64,000 nucleotides of DNA from the human T2T-CHM13v2.0 reference genome, Homo sapiens. Positions 13,449-26,512 of this stretch are shown here, in pieces. The stretch's first letter is position 1. Every line of letters begins with the position of its first letter. The translations under genes and the position numbers were made by a program. Under the pieces are notes generated by a model. It saw only the letters and a list, made by a program, of their open reading frames with translations, had not been told where the DNA came from and searched no databases. The DNA lies in assembly GCF_009914755.1 (NCBI RefSeq), contig NC_060933.1, one strand, 5' to 3'.

Positions 13449-15056
13449 CCCATCACCGTAACAACATCTTTCCATCTATGAGCATTAGGGACCATTATCA
13501 AGAGGAATAATTTGGAGATGTTTGCAGTCATAACACTCAGCTGGTGATCTCATCTTCCTCCATGGGTCTTTCCTATCATTAACAGGCATCACCCACCAAT
13601 CAACCCCTGAAAGCTCTCTGCTGGTCAAAATTATCTCTGTGACTTGGCACCAGGGATATTCTGAGTCATGTTCTTCCACAATATTAAACTTTAACGCACA
13701 TTAAAGTACACAAATCTTACATATCAAATATAAGAAAACAAATAATTCCAATTTTATCAAGTGATACTCCAATCATAGTAAAAGACTAAAATATTCAAAG
13801 CAAAAGTCCACAGGAGAGCTCAGCAGGTGGCACATTAACCATATGAAAAACCATTATCCAATGGAACTTTTAAAGAAACATAAAGAACAAAAGGCTGCAG
13901 TGTAAACCAGTGAGCTTTGGGTTCACTATTGCTACTAAAAACCCACTGGCTCTGGGGTTGAGTTCCAACATAGATTCTTATAGGCCTCCCTAGTAGGAAA
14001 AAGGAAGGAGGGATGGAAGAAAACGACAAAGGTAAGGAGGAAGGGGATAAAATAAGAAGAAGAAAGGAAAAAAAGGAAATAAAATCATGGTCCTTGCCGT
14101 CAAGGAACTTATAGTCTGGTGATAAGTGAATATGTATTAGGACAAGTACTAACCAAAATATTTGATGAAAATGCTAAGGAAATACAAGGTAAGAGGCAGG
14201 AAAAAAAACGAATCACTGTTATTATTATTTGTATCCTCATCTCCATCCTCAGGGTATTACCTTCATTAAGAAACTACTTTAAGGTAGCAACAGGAATAAA
14301 ATGCCATACCTGGGGTCTAGGAAACAAGCACCCACTTGGGAAGGCCTGACATAAATACTCCCGTCTCCTTCCACTGATGCTCACGTCCTCAGCATACATG
14401 AGAGACTAAGAAACGGATGTTGGAGTGAGCTGCATGTAAGTTTAAATGTCATTCCCTGATGCCTATTGAGCTGGGACTTCCTCTCCTCTGCCTGACTTAT
14501 CACAACATATTCTCCAGACACATTCTGACCTTCATTAGTACTGAGGAAATAATGACTGATAACAGCTTAAAGTATTTACTCCCTAATGGGCATTTATATT
14601 TTCATAAGGATCAAAAAACAAGCTCAAACAATAGAATGTGTATGTGATCTGGGGCAAGTCACATAATTACGCTGTGCCTCCATTTCCCCATCTGTAAAAT
14701 AGGTATACAGTAGTCCCTCCTTGTTAGCAGTTTTGCTCTCTGTAGTTTCAGTTACTCAGGGTCCATCATGGTCCAAACTATTAAACAAAAAATTCCAGCA
14801 GTAAGCACTTCATTAAGTTTGAAATTGCACACCATTCTGAGTAGGGTGATGACATTTCACATTATCCACTCTGCCTTCCTGGGACAGGCACCATTCCTTG
14901 TTTGATGTACCCATGCTGTCTGTGCTATTTGCCTGTTAGTCATCTATGTCATCTGCTGCTGACATCCAACCAGAGACTTCCTCACTCAATGATCCAGGAT
15001 CACCTAAAGCAGATGATTCTCCTTCTGACTATTGTCAAAATGTCAGTAGTAGCCTA

Positions 15057-15559
<503 letters not shown>

Positions 15560-16960
15560 TAGCAGCCTAACACAACATCACAGTGTCTACATCATTCATC
15601 TCACTTCATTTCATCACACAGGCATTTTACCATCTCACATCAGTACAAGAAGAAGGGTGAATACAATACAGTAAGATATTGAGACAAAGAGACCACTTCA
15701 TATAACTTGTATTAAAGTATTTTGTTATAGTTGTTCTATTTTATTATTAGTTGTTGGTAGTCTCTTACTGTGCCTAATTTATAAATTAAACGTATCATAG
15801 GTGTGTACATGTAAGAAAAACCATAGCATATTTAGGATTCAGTACCATCCGAGGTTTCAGGCATCCACTGGGCATCTTGGAACGTATGCCCCATGGATAA
15901 CATGGGACTACTGTAGGTATAACAGTATCAGCCTCATAGTTCATTGCGAGGACTATATGAGATAGCAGGAATAAAATGCTTAACAATCATGCCTCCTGTT
16001 GTTATTATTCATATTATTCCTCCTTCTTTTTTCTAAGGTTTCCTTTGATGTTCATTTTAACCAAAGTTCATTAGGACAAAATTTTCAGGGAGAAGTCCCC
16101 ACACACACTGTGACTACGGAAATGGCCCCGCTCCGGAAGAAACGTTACTTGGATGATGACTAGCTCATCATTTTTGGAGGGACTAATGTGTGCGATCTTC
16201 CTTCAGGCTCTGGCTCCACACCTACTGAGAGGTGTGGAAGAAGATATGAATTTGGCTGAGCATGAACAAAATTGGAGGATGCTTCATGGTATTTAATTAC
16301 TTCAGTGCATGTCAGAACTTGCATGGCCATGAGGTAGAGAAGAAAGCTAAGGCTGTGAGAAAACCCAGCAGACATGCATTTTATTTTGTGCATCATTAAA
16401 ATAGTAAAGTTTTTCTGACAGTTTACGGAAAATACTGTTTTCAATTGCTCAAAAGCAGCTGACCTTAGAAATAAGTAGATTATAAAACTGCCTTTTGTAA
16501 TTTCCAAAAGGTTCCTCCTATTTTCCTTTCGTGGTATCTGAAATTCTACAGTTTGAGTTGTTTTTTGATCCTAATGAAAATGTAATTATCCACTGGGGAA
16601 TAAATACTTTAAGCTGTTATCAGTCATTTTTACCTTAAGACTAATGAATACCAGAGTCTGTCCCAAGAATATGTTGTGATAAGTCAGGCAGAGGAGAAGC
16701 ACCAGCTCAATAAACCTCTGAAAGTGTAAGGACAAAATCACTCAAGAAAAAAAGAATTTAAACCTGGGTGGCTTCTCCACCATCCCTGGCAGCAGAACTA
16801 CCTAGAAACACAAAATTGAACATTTTTTAATGAATGTACTGTGCTTAATCTCAGCCCAAAGGCATATTGCTTTGAGAATGTCTGAGGAAAAGTTCCTGAA
16901 GCATTTTGAGTTCCTGGGAAAAGAAAAAAAAATATTGCCTATGTATATATGTGTGTCTGT

Positions 16961-16994
16961 GTGTTTGTGTGTGTTTGTGTGTGTGTGTGTGTGT
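16961..16994. repeat. (TG)n microsatellite
   Basis: Seen directly. Confidence 0.9.
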
Positions 16995-17429
16995 ATTCCC
17001 ATTTTTAAAACAGATTGTATTTTTAATGTACTGGCAATTCAATAACTAATATTTTGCATAGTATTTGTACTAAGGCAGTTTGTTTATTCCTTTAGATTAC
17101 ACACCTTAAAATGAAGATCTCAGCAATGTTCTGCTAAAGTGTATCAAGCAAAGGCATTATCTATCTGAAGTCAAGCCTCATTACACTGCAAAATAAACTT
17201 ACTGTCAAACCAGAATCGAAATAGTTCTAACATTTAGACATTTTGTTGCTTCAGTATTACATGTCTGTATTATATGACTCTTTTATAGACAGCCTGAACA
17301 TGTTTTAATGCTGGCTTCTTCTCTCAAAATACTTAAGTAGTATCCACACACAGTTTCGTGTTTGGTGGAAAGAAGGTCAAATTTAATGCCAAATGATGTG
17401 TATGCATCATCCCCCCAGCTCAAGAGCTG

Positions 17430-17555
17430 GCTTAATGTGCTCGCGTATGCCTAAGTTTCCTCTATATGAAACAAAGGTAATAATAACATCTACCCATCAG
17501 CATCATATTGTGAGGATTAAATGAGACAATGATTGTCTGTGCTTTGTAAACTCAA
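17430..17555 (+). mobile_element. MIR fragment
   Basis: gcctaagtttcctctatatgaaa...ttgtgaggattaaatgaga. Confidence 0.65.
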
Positions 17556-17919
17556 GTACCCAATATTTTTAGTTTTGTGAATGTTTTGTACATCAGGAGA
17601 AGACACATAGAAAAATGTTTGATCTCTATGTACAGGTATAAAACTTGGACACTAAATTCTCCATGTAAAAACCACAGTCGCTACATGAAAAAAAAAAACA
17701 TGTTCACAAAATTCTTTGTTCTTATTTAAAACATCATCATTAAATTTTCTGTGTACATATATAAAGCATGCATCAAACTGAAGTACCATCAAAGAAATGA
17801 CTGCTTCAGTACTCAGCTCCTCAACGATAATAGCCTGTGTCAGCTCCCTAGCCCATCACTGCCTGATTCACTCTGATAAGATCAACTGCAATCTATAACA
17901 ACTTAGACACATCATGTAT

Positions 17920-18225
17920 ACCATGGCTTATGTCAGACCTTAAATGACACCTCCTCAGAGGGGACACTCTACTACCCTTTCTAAAGAACCACCATCCTGC
18001 TAATCACTCTCTATGCTCCATCTATTTTATTACTTTTTTTTTTTACTTGTATACTATATGTTCGTATCATCTCTCCTATTCCCATCACCACATAAATACA
18101 CAAAGCATGAATGTAAGTCTCTTAAGGGTAGGAGATTTGCTTGCTTTCTCACTGTTATATTTGCAGCATCTGGAATAGTGCATGGAATAATACTTAATAA
18201 ATAGACATCAAATAATTAATATTGA
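17920..18225 (+). mobile_element. L2 3' end
   Basis: aaatgacacctcctcagagg; aatgtaagtctcttaagggtaggagattt...ctggaatagtgcatgg. Confidence 0.65.
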
Positions 18226-19435
18226 ACAATACCCTCCCTTTCTTTCTCAGTCAGTTCTGTTGACACCATATATTGTTTCTTTCTTCTGGAACTTTCAAAG
18301 TACTGGATCAATGATTCTACTTCTGACCCTGATTTCTCCCTGACAATCCAAGTATTGGGTTTTGAAGCATTGAGGCCATTTCCCCAGAGCTGTGGAAATA
18401 TGAGCTAACAGATTGTGAAGTGCCAAAAATCTCCTTCCATCTCAATCAGAACATTCTCAGTGACAGTAATGTTGACAGTTTTCACTTCAGAAAATATAGG
18501 TATAATGTGATCTCAGTTGCTCATCTCCTCAGGTTGATGGGTGGAATTCTGAACACTGTTTTTAGACACTTGGCGAGGATCTATAGTCATCCATTTCTTC
18601 CTCCTCCTGACAGAGCTGCCACCACACTGTCTCATCTTAAGAATCTTCCAGTACATGAAGAGCAGACAAATTGTTGTTAGCTTACTTCTAGACTGGTTTC
18701 AGTGTATTCAAGTATCAAGAATTTATGTTCAAATACTTGCACCCACTCCTATCATTCCTTCAAAATTGTGGTCATAAAAGCATGTTTCTTCATTCCTTTA
18801 TGTATACTGATTTTTACCATGGTTAAAAGTAGAATTTGGCAGTCTTGTCAAAATGGTACAACTGGTTTCACTATTTCTCTTTGGGATACCAGATTCTTAA
18901 GGTGCAGTTAGTGGTTTTGTAAGTGAATATGAACTTGCCTCAAAATCACTTATGCCAAAATATAATAGGTGATCTGTAAATATTAGATTCCCCTTCCCTT
19001 GCAGGATAAGGACATAGAGATGAAGATAAAAGTAAATGTCTATGTTATAAGAACAAGAATAAAGATACCATGTTGTTTTGTAAGGATAGTATTGCCAGCT
19101 GTTTGTTCTAGTAAATCATTACAATAAATCTCTCAGGTGTCAGAAAGCTAGCCTTGGTGGCAGTAGCTTTCAGGTCATCTTTGATGTAAGTTCTGTACAT
19201 ACTAATCCTTGGGCTATAAGATGAAAGTTGGTACACATTTATTGTCCTTTAAGTACCCACAGGCTAAAATTACTTTTACTCACGACCATAATTGTTTAAA
19301 AGATTTTCTTGTAGCCTGAAGTGTGATCTTAGACTCTAATTTTAAAGGTGGGGGTTTTACCTTTATCCTCTTCAAAATCACCCAACAGCAACAAGAAGAC
19401 TGAGAAATAGAAACTTGACAAATGTTGGAGGCATC

Positions 19436-19944
19436 TGTATTAGTCTAGGTTCTGCAGAGAAACAGAACCATATTGGTTCTGGATATATAGATAGAGATAA
19501 ATATTGATATTGATTTACTATAAGAAATTGACTGGCTCACATGATTATGGAGGCTAAGAAGTCCCAAGATTTGCAGCCATCAAGTTGGAGATCCAGGAGA
19601 GCCAATGACACCATCTCGTCTGAGTCTGAAGCTCTGAGAACCAAGAGAGTCCATGGTATAAGTTCTAGTTCGAGACAGAATTCAAAGGCAGGAGAAGATC
19701 AATGTCCCAGCTCAATGACAGACAGAGAGAAAAAATTCTTTCTTACTCAACCTTTTCTTCTAGTCCTTCAATGCACTGGATGAGGGCCACACACATTGGG
19801 GAGGGCAATCTGTCTTCCTCTGTCTTTCAGTTCAAATATTAGTCTATCCAGAAGCATCTTCACAGACACATCCAGAAATAATGTTTAACCAAATATCTGG
19901 GCACATCACTGTCAGTCAATTTTACACATAAGATTAGCCACACA
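19436..19944 (-). mobile_element. ERVL solo LTR (MLT2B-like)
   Basis: TG...CA termini, 5-bp TSD GCATC/ACATC, motifs ggctcacatgattatggaggctaagaagtcccaagat and cacagacacatccagaaataatgttt. Confidence 0.88.
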
Positions 19945-21084
19945 ACATCTATAACCTAGAATAAAAAATTCAAGGAAGGGCTAATCGATGCATTGAAGGT
20001 CCAAGAGGGGTGCCATAGAAAGACGATGCCTATGGTTGCAGATTTCAGAGACTGCCCAAAGAACAGTTCTTCATAATCACTGGCCTAAATTGAGAGGTAA
20101 GAACAAACATGCCCTTTCTGGAACAATAAGATGACAATAACTTTCCTAGAACTAAAGCAGCACTAAATCTCGAGAAATACACTAACCAGTCACGTTTGCA
20201 AGACACAGTCTGTTTGTCAAGCTAGTGAAGAAGAAAAGCTCAGCATTGTAACTAATTCTGCAGTGTCAAATGTTGTTAGAAAAAGTAAATGCTAAAATAA
20301 ATTGCTCACTCTCACATTATCTCACTTCCTTAAGTGGGATTCTTATAGCCTAGAACATAATCTTTATTCTTCTCACCACATGAAGCTCCAGTAAGTATAC
20401 CTTATCAAAAACTAAGTAATAGCCAAAAATGAATAAGCATAGGAATTATACAAAGGTACTGCAGAAAGAAAATAAAGACATTTCTTCTTGTAATATAAAA
20501 CAAATGTAATGCAAAAAACAACCAGCAAATGTATAAAACACACTATGGAGACAGTGCTGTGAATATATGAAAATTTGGACAGACTAGATCAACAGCAAAA
20601 TTTTAAAACTATATACAAGGTCATAGAGCACATCTCCTAAAAATTGGAGAAGATGGCTAGATAGCCAAAGAACAAAATGAGCACACAGAGATCAGGGAGT
20701 AGGAAACATAAACACAAAATAATCACATAAAAGAAAACTAAGAAGGAGAATGAATGAGAATAGACATACGTGAAGACATATTAAGAAACATGGAGTCTAA
20801 GGTTTGAAAAAAGTCAAAGTAAATAATATGGAAATGAACAAAGAGTAAAGAAACAGAAAAAAATCACAGGTATGGAAAGATCTAAAAGTTGTTATTCTTT
20901 ATGCTAATTTAAATTTTAGATGTATGCAATGTTTCTAGTAAAAAATGAAAAAAATAGTATCAGAAAACAAACATGGGAAGACTACTTTTAATAATATCAA
21001 AGTGGGCAGCATTTCTAAGCACACAAAAAATTCTGAACCAATAAAATATAAATTTAACCATATATAATAAAACTCAAAAATTTC

Positions 21085-21373
21085 TTTTTTTTTTTTTTGA
21101 CAGAGTCTCACTTTGTCACCCAGGCTGGATTGAAATCATGTGATCTAGGCTCACTGCAACCTCTATCTCCCAGGTTCAAGCAATTCTCACGCCTCAGCCT
21201 CCAGAGTAGCTGGAATTACAGGTGTGCACCACCATGCCCAACTACTTTCTGTATTCTCAGTAGAGAAAAGTTTCGCCATGTTGGCCAGATCTCAAACACC
21301 TGATCTCAAGTGATCCTCCCACCTCGGCCTCCCAAAGTGCTGAGATTACAAGCATAAGCCACCATGCCTGGCC
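21085..21373 (-). mobile_element. Alu (S/J)
   Basis: Poly-T then Alu body; 17-bp TSD TAAAACTCAAAAATTTC / TAAAACCCAGAAATTTC. Confidence 0.93.
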
Positions 21374-21389
21374 TAAAACCCAGAAATTT

Positions 21390-22060
21390 CTGTATGACAA
21401 AAAATGTCAAAAATAAAGTCAAAAGAAAATCATAAATATCATTAAAAAGTCAAAAATGTTTTAAAGTAGAGAATATATTTCAATACATATCACAAAAGTC
21501 TAATGTCCTTAATATGTAAGGAATACCTGCAAACCAGTAAGACTAGCAACCCAGTAGAAAGATCTATAAAGATAAATCCAGGAGGGAGGACTGACTGAGG
21601 CCAGGTGTTCAAGACCAGCCTGGCCAAGAAAACAAGACCCTGTCTCTAGGAAAAAAAAAAAAAAAAAGAGAAGAAGAAGAAGAAATATAAATGACTCTTA
21701 AAGACATGATGCAATGCTTAACTTTACTCATAAATAGAGAACTGCCAAAATGTAATTTTTTCAGTGTGGCCAAATATCGAAGAGTTTAGTAAAACATTGT
21801 GTTGGTGAGGGTACATGAAGCAGACATTCTCACATATGAATGACTGACACAATCTCTTTGAACAGTAATATAGCAAGATCTATCAGAATTTAAAATATAA
21901 ATACCTTTTATCCCAGAAAATACACACCTAGGTAGTTCTTCTATTAATGCACTGTCACATGGCTAAGATTATGTATTTTCAAGGTCATTGCAAAATTGTT
22001 TGCAATGTCACAAACTATAAATAACTAAAGGCAAATCTACAGGGGTTTTCTTAAATGTGG
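21390..22060 (+). mobile_element. L1ME-type 3' fragment containing a short Alu piece (about 21580-21670)
   Basis: Degenerate L1 ORF2 C-terminal motifs; gaggccaggtgttcaagaccagcctggcc followed by poly-A. Confidence 0.6.
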
Positions 22061-22074
22061 TAGAACAGATATAG

Positions 22075-22393
22075 AATATCTGTAGATCCCACATCTGTGG
22101 GACCAACCAACTGCAGATTGAAATTATCCACACAAATAAATAAATAAAAACAATAAAAATTACATTGCAAGTTAAAAAATACATCCTTTTAAAACACAGT
22201 ATAACTATTTACATAGCATTTACATTGTATTAAGTATTATAAGTAATCTAGAGATGGTTTAACGTATACAAGAGGATGTCCATAGGTTATACGCAAATAT
22301 TACATCATTTTATATATGATATTGGGTATCTACAGATTTTGGTATTCCTAAAGGTCCTGGAACCAATCTGCCAAGGTTACCAAAGGATGACCA
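22075..22393 (-). mobile_element. MER2-like TcMar-Tigger
   Basis: actatttacatagcatttacattgtattaagtattataagtaatctagagatg...ggtcctggaaccaatc. Confidence 0.8.
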
Positions 22394-22468
22394 TACTTCT
22401 TTATAATAAAATATACAGCTTTTAAAAGAAGGAGATAGCTCTACATATAATGATTAGAATAAGTCATA

Positions 22469-22884
22469 CAGTTAACCTTTGAACAACACAGGATTAGGGG
22501 TGCTGACCCTCCCCATAGTCATAAATCCACCTATAATCAGTCTCATTCATAGCATAAACAGTCAACTAACACATATTTTTATGTTATATGCACTATGTAC
22601 TGTATTCTTATAATATGTATAACCTTATAGTATGTATATGCTTATAATCTAGAGAAAAGAAAATGTTTTTAAGAAAATCCTAAGGAAGAGAAAATATGCT
22701 TACTATTCATTAAGTAGAAGTGGATCATCATAAAGGTATTATTTGTCTTGTCTTCATATGAAGTCGGCTGAGGAGGAGGAGGAAGAGAAGGGGTTGGTTT
22801 TCCTGTCTCAGAGATGGCAGGGGCAGAAGAAAATCCACATGTAAGTGGACCCACACAGTTTAAACCCATGTTGTTCAAGGGCTG
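22469..22884 (-). mobile_element. Tigger2a/MER28-like
   Basis: TIRs CAGTTAACCTTTGAACAACA / TGTTGTTCAAGGGCTG with TA flanks; internal gaggaggaggaagag...gtctcag. Confidence 0.85.
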
Positions 22885-23133
22885 TATTCTTAAGTGACAA
22901 AAAGATGTAAGATAAAATTTAAGACATGTGGTCATTTGTAAGACATGTTTGTATATGTATAGAATGAGTTTGGAAAGTTACACTAAAAACAGATCAAGAT
23001 ATTAACTTCTGGAAACCAAGGTTGCCAGAGGAGGACAGGAGTAAAAGGTAGGTTTACTTTCCAGTATCTTTTTAATTGTGTTTTATAGACATGTGTCAGC
23101 AATGCAAAAATAAACAATTTAAAACAAAATTAG

Positions 23134-23421
23134 GGCCAAGCTCAGTGGTTCACACCTGTAATCCCAACACTTTTGGGGGGCAAGGCGGGAGGATCACTTA
23201 AGGCCAGGAGTTCGAGACCAGCCTGAGCAATATAGCAAGACCTTGTTTCTACAAAATATAAAAATAATAGCTAGGCATGGTGGTGCACACCTGTGGTCCC
23301 AGGCTGAGGCAGGAGGATCACTTAAGTGCAGGAAGTCAAGGCTCCAATAAGTAGTGATCACACCACTGTACTCCAGCCTGAGTAATAAAGTAAGACCCTG
23401 TCTCAAAAATAAATAAATAAA
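23134..23421 (+). mobile_element. AluJ
   Basis: Dimeric Alu with J-type features and (TAAA)n tail. Confidence 0.9.
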
Positions 23422-23532
23422 TTCAAAATAAATACACAAAATACTAAAATGCTCTAAATAATTTTTTAAATTTTTAATTGACAAACAAAAATGGTTGCTT
23501 TTACTTTAAGTCTATCATAGAACTCTAAGAGT

Positions 23533-24184
23533 ATGGGGAGAAAAATGTGTGATACCTTTTCTCACCCATCATAAAGGTCATGGCTGACACTCCTATAACA
23601 AAAGACAAGTTAACAAGAGAAAAGCATAACAAGTTTACTCAATCAAAGTTTTAAGTGACAAACAGGAGATTTCAAAAATGAAGACTCAATGGCCCAGGGA
23701 AAACTGTCTATTTTTATGCTTAGCTTCAGTGAAGAATGGACAGCCGTAGAGAAATAAAATCAGACGGCAGAGTATGATCTACGGCTAAAAGACTGAAGGG
23801 GAGAACTCAGCAAGACCTGTCTGTTCAGATCCTGTTCAGATCCTTCTCCATCTCTCTGTGTAGCATTCCCTCCCCCAGCTGCAGGGCAGGACCCCTCTGG
23901 AATACGAGTCTTCAAAAGAGAAGGGAGAGAGTATCCTTTCTAGGTTTTATGGCCATTTTTGAGAGAGAGGAGTTTTAGCTTCTGTGATCCACCTTGGGGA
24001 AGAGGAATTCTGGTTTCTATGACTCACTTTGGTGGAGAAAGAGGGAGGGGGAGAGGAAGGCAGGAGAATTCTGAGAGAACTTTTCTTCTGAGGCTGCTTC
24101 TGAGGCCTTCCAATGTCCTAAAGTTCAAAGTACTCAGCACGCCAAAGCACCATATTTTGGGGTGTTGTTTTCTGAGCCCCAACA
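23533..24184 (-). mobile_element. ERV1 solo LTR (MER39-like)
   Basis: Reverse complement starts TGTTGGGGCTCAGAAAACAACACCCCAAAATATGGTGCTTTGGCGTGCTGAGTACTTTGAAC, matching the recalled MER39 5' end. Confidence 0.8.
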
Positions 24185-26061
24185 AGGGGAACATTTTAAA
24201 AGCTTGAAATATTTATCTTAATTGTTGAGTGTCACATGCCTTCCACAGCTGTGCATAGAAAGAAAAGATGTGAGTGGCAGGGTTACTGTCCTTGGACACA
24301 CACTCAGGAACTGAGCTCCACTGGGAGTGGGACTGTTAGAAACTGTTTGGACTGTTTGCTCTCAACATTTTTGAAAATAAAAACAAACAAAAAAAGTTAT
24401 TGTAGATATTTCAAGATTTTTAAAAACTTATCATGAGATTTGTGGCCTTCTAGCTCCCAAAGATGTGAATGGAATCACATCTCTACTTTTTCAAAAACTT
24501 TCTCTCTAAGAACTCTCCCCTTAACATTTGTTTAGTTTGTTCATTAAGAGTTAAATAAAGATAGGCAGTGTGGTCTCCTTTCAACTTCCAAAGATCTTGT
24601 ATTCATTTATCCTTCACCCTACACACTCATTTTCTTGCTCTGCTGAGAACAGAACAATGGCTGTATTTTAACTGACCATTTCTCTTCACAAAAGATCTGC
24701 ATTTGGTAGGGTAAGGAGAGCCCTCTTTGTAAGTGTCATGAAAGAAAAAGGAAGAAAAATGCCTCTATCCAGGAAAACTCAGCAACCTGTAATCTCTCTT
24801 AATGTTTTCCTCGGCCTTCATTATGCTCACATGATGAAACAAGATGGAATGTTCAACACTGTTTCGTCTTGGAAAGAAATGATTAAGTTGTTTCAAGCAA
24901 ACATCAGGCTATCAAATTTTATAGAATACATGAAGAATGTTTATCATCCATATTTTCCTCCTTTTACTGGTGTTTTATGCACACCAGTAATCTCCAGTTC
25001 CTTTAAACTGAATAAGATATCATAAAGATTGAAAGGAATATCCCATTTATTATATTTATAAATCTAGGAAAACAAGTGTATCTATAAAGTGAATATTGAA
25101 TATATTTCTCAGTGAGGAATGGCCTGATTGCTATTGCAAATACCTGTTAAGGGAATAAACCTAACTATTAAGAACCAATAGTTCTACACCTTCAGCTTAC
25201 AGGGTTTCAATACGAATGACTACAAAGACCTACAAATCATAAACAAATATCCTGAAGGCTGAGCCATCTTCAGGAATCAAGAGAGATAATTATATGCCAC
25301 CCACTTGATAATAGAGAATATCATAATTTATTCCAATACCTAATTTTCTCCCACAATATTTTTGCTTTGCCAAATAGAACATGAACATCTTTCAAATGTT
25401 AGTTATTTCTCATATTATTTCAAATTTAAAACTTTATAATGAGGATTTACATGCATTACTCATACACACATATTTGCAAATTTGTCTTTGCATTTCTAAC
25501 TCAAAATATATGCGGTCAGCTCTTAAAGCACCACCTGTGAGGACTTCATGCATCGTGGGGAAATGTGGGTTGGCTTCTCCCTCTCCTGCCATCATCAATC
25601 AAAAATTCAAACACATTTAAAAATCAGCCTCTCCTAAACATAATTAGGAAAGTGAATCCAGTGTAGAAAATTATGTGTAGTAAATCCTTTGTAATCCAGG
25701 GAACCCCTGATGGCATTCGAGAAAATAGGCATCAAAATGTCTATGAGGAAAAGAGCTCTTGACACATGAATTCAACAAAACCAGGTCTCTATAATAATGT
25801 TCTCTCCCCTGGCACTCTAAAGACTTGTTTGTGTATTCATTAATGCCTTGTCACCTTTTGGCAAATCACTGAGTAGTTAAGTCTTCCTTTCTATATAGGC
25901 TTTCAGTGATTTAATTTATAAACAAAATTTATTTTTCAAGTTACATGCATTTTACCCGGAAGGAAAAATGACAATAACACTATTTGTTAAAACCTACTGT
26001 GTAAACTGGCACTTTGAACATGTGATTCCATGACCTTATTGCAAAAATCATCCATGACACA

Positions 26062-26512
26062 TGTATCAGTTTTCCTATTGCAGCTGTAACAAATTGCAAA
26101 CATAGCGGCTTAAAAGAAAAGAATTTCTTTTTCTCTTACAGTTTTGGAGGCCAGAAGTCCAAAATGAAACTCTGGAACTAAAAATCAGGGAGGCAGCAGG
26201 GCTGGTTCCTTCTGGAGGCTCCAGGGGAGAATCTGTTCTTTGTCTCTTCCATTTTCTGGAGGTTACTGGCATTCCTTGGCTTGTGGCCACATCACTCTAA
26301 TCACATTGCATTCTCCTCTTCTGTAGTCAAGTATCTCACTCTGTCTCTGCCTCTGCCTCTTTCTCTTATAAGGATACCTGTGATTACAATTAGGGCCCAC
26401 AAAGATCCTTAGCTTAATTACATCTGCAAAGTTCCTTCCATACAAGTTACATATTCATAGGTTCTGGGATTAGAATGTGGACATATTTGGGGGACATCAT
26501 TCAGCTACCACA
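26062..26512 (-). mobile_element. MaLR solo LTR (MLT1D-like) inserted in a MIR (about 25970-26600)
   Basis: tgtatcagttttcctattgcagctgtaacaaatt...cattcagctaccaca; MIR resumes with cccattttatggatgaggaaact. Confidence 0.85.
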
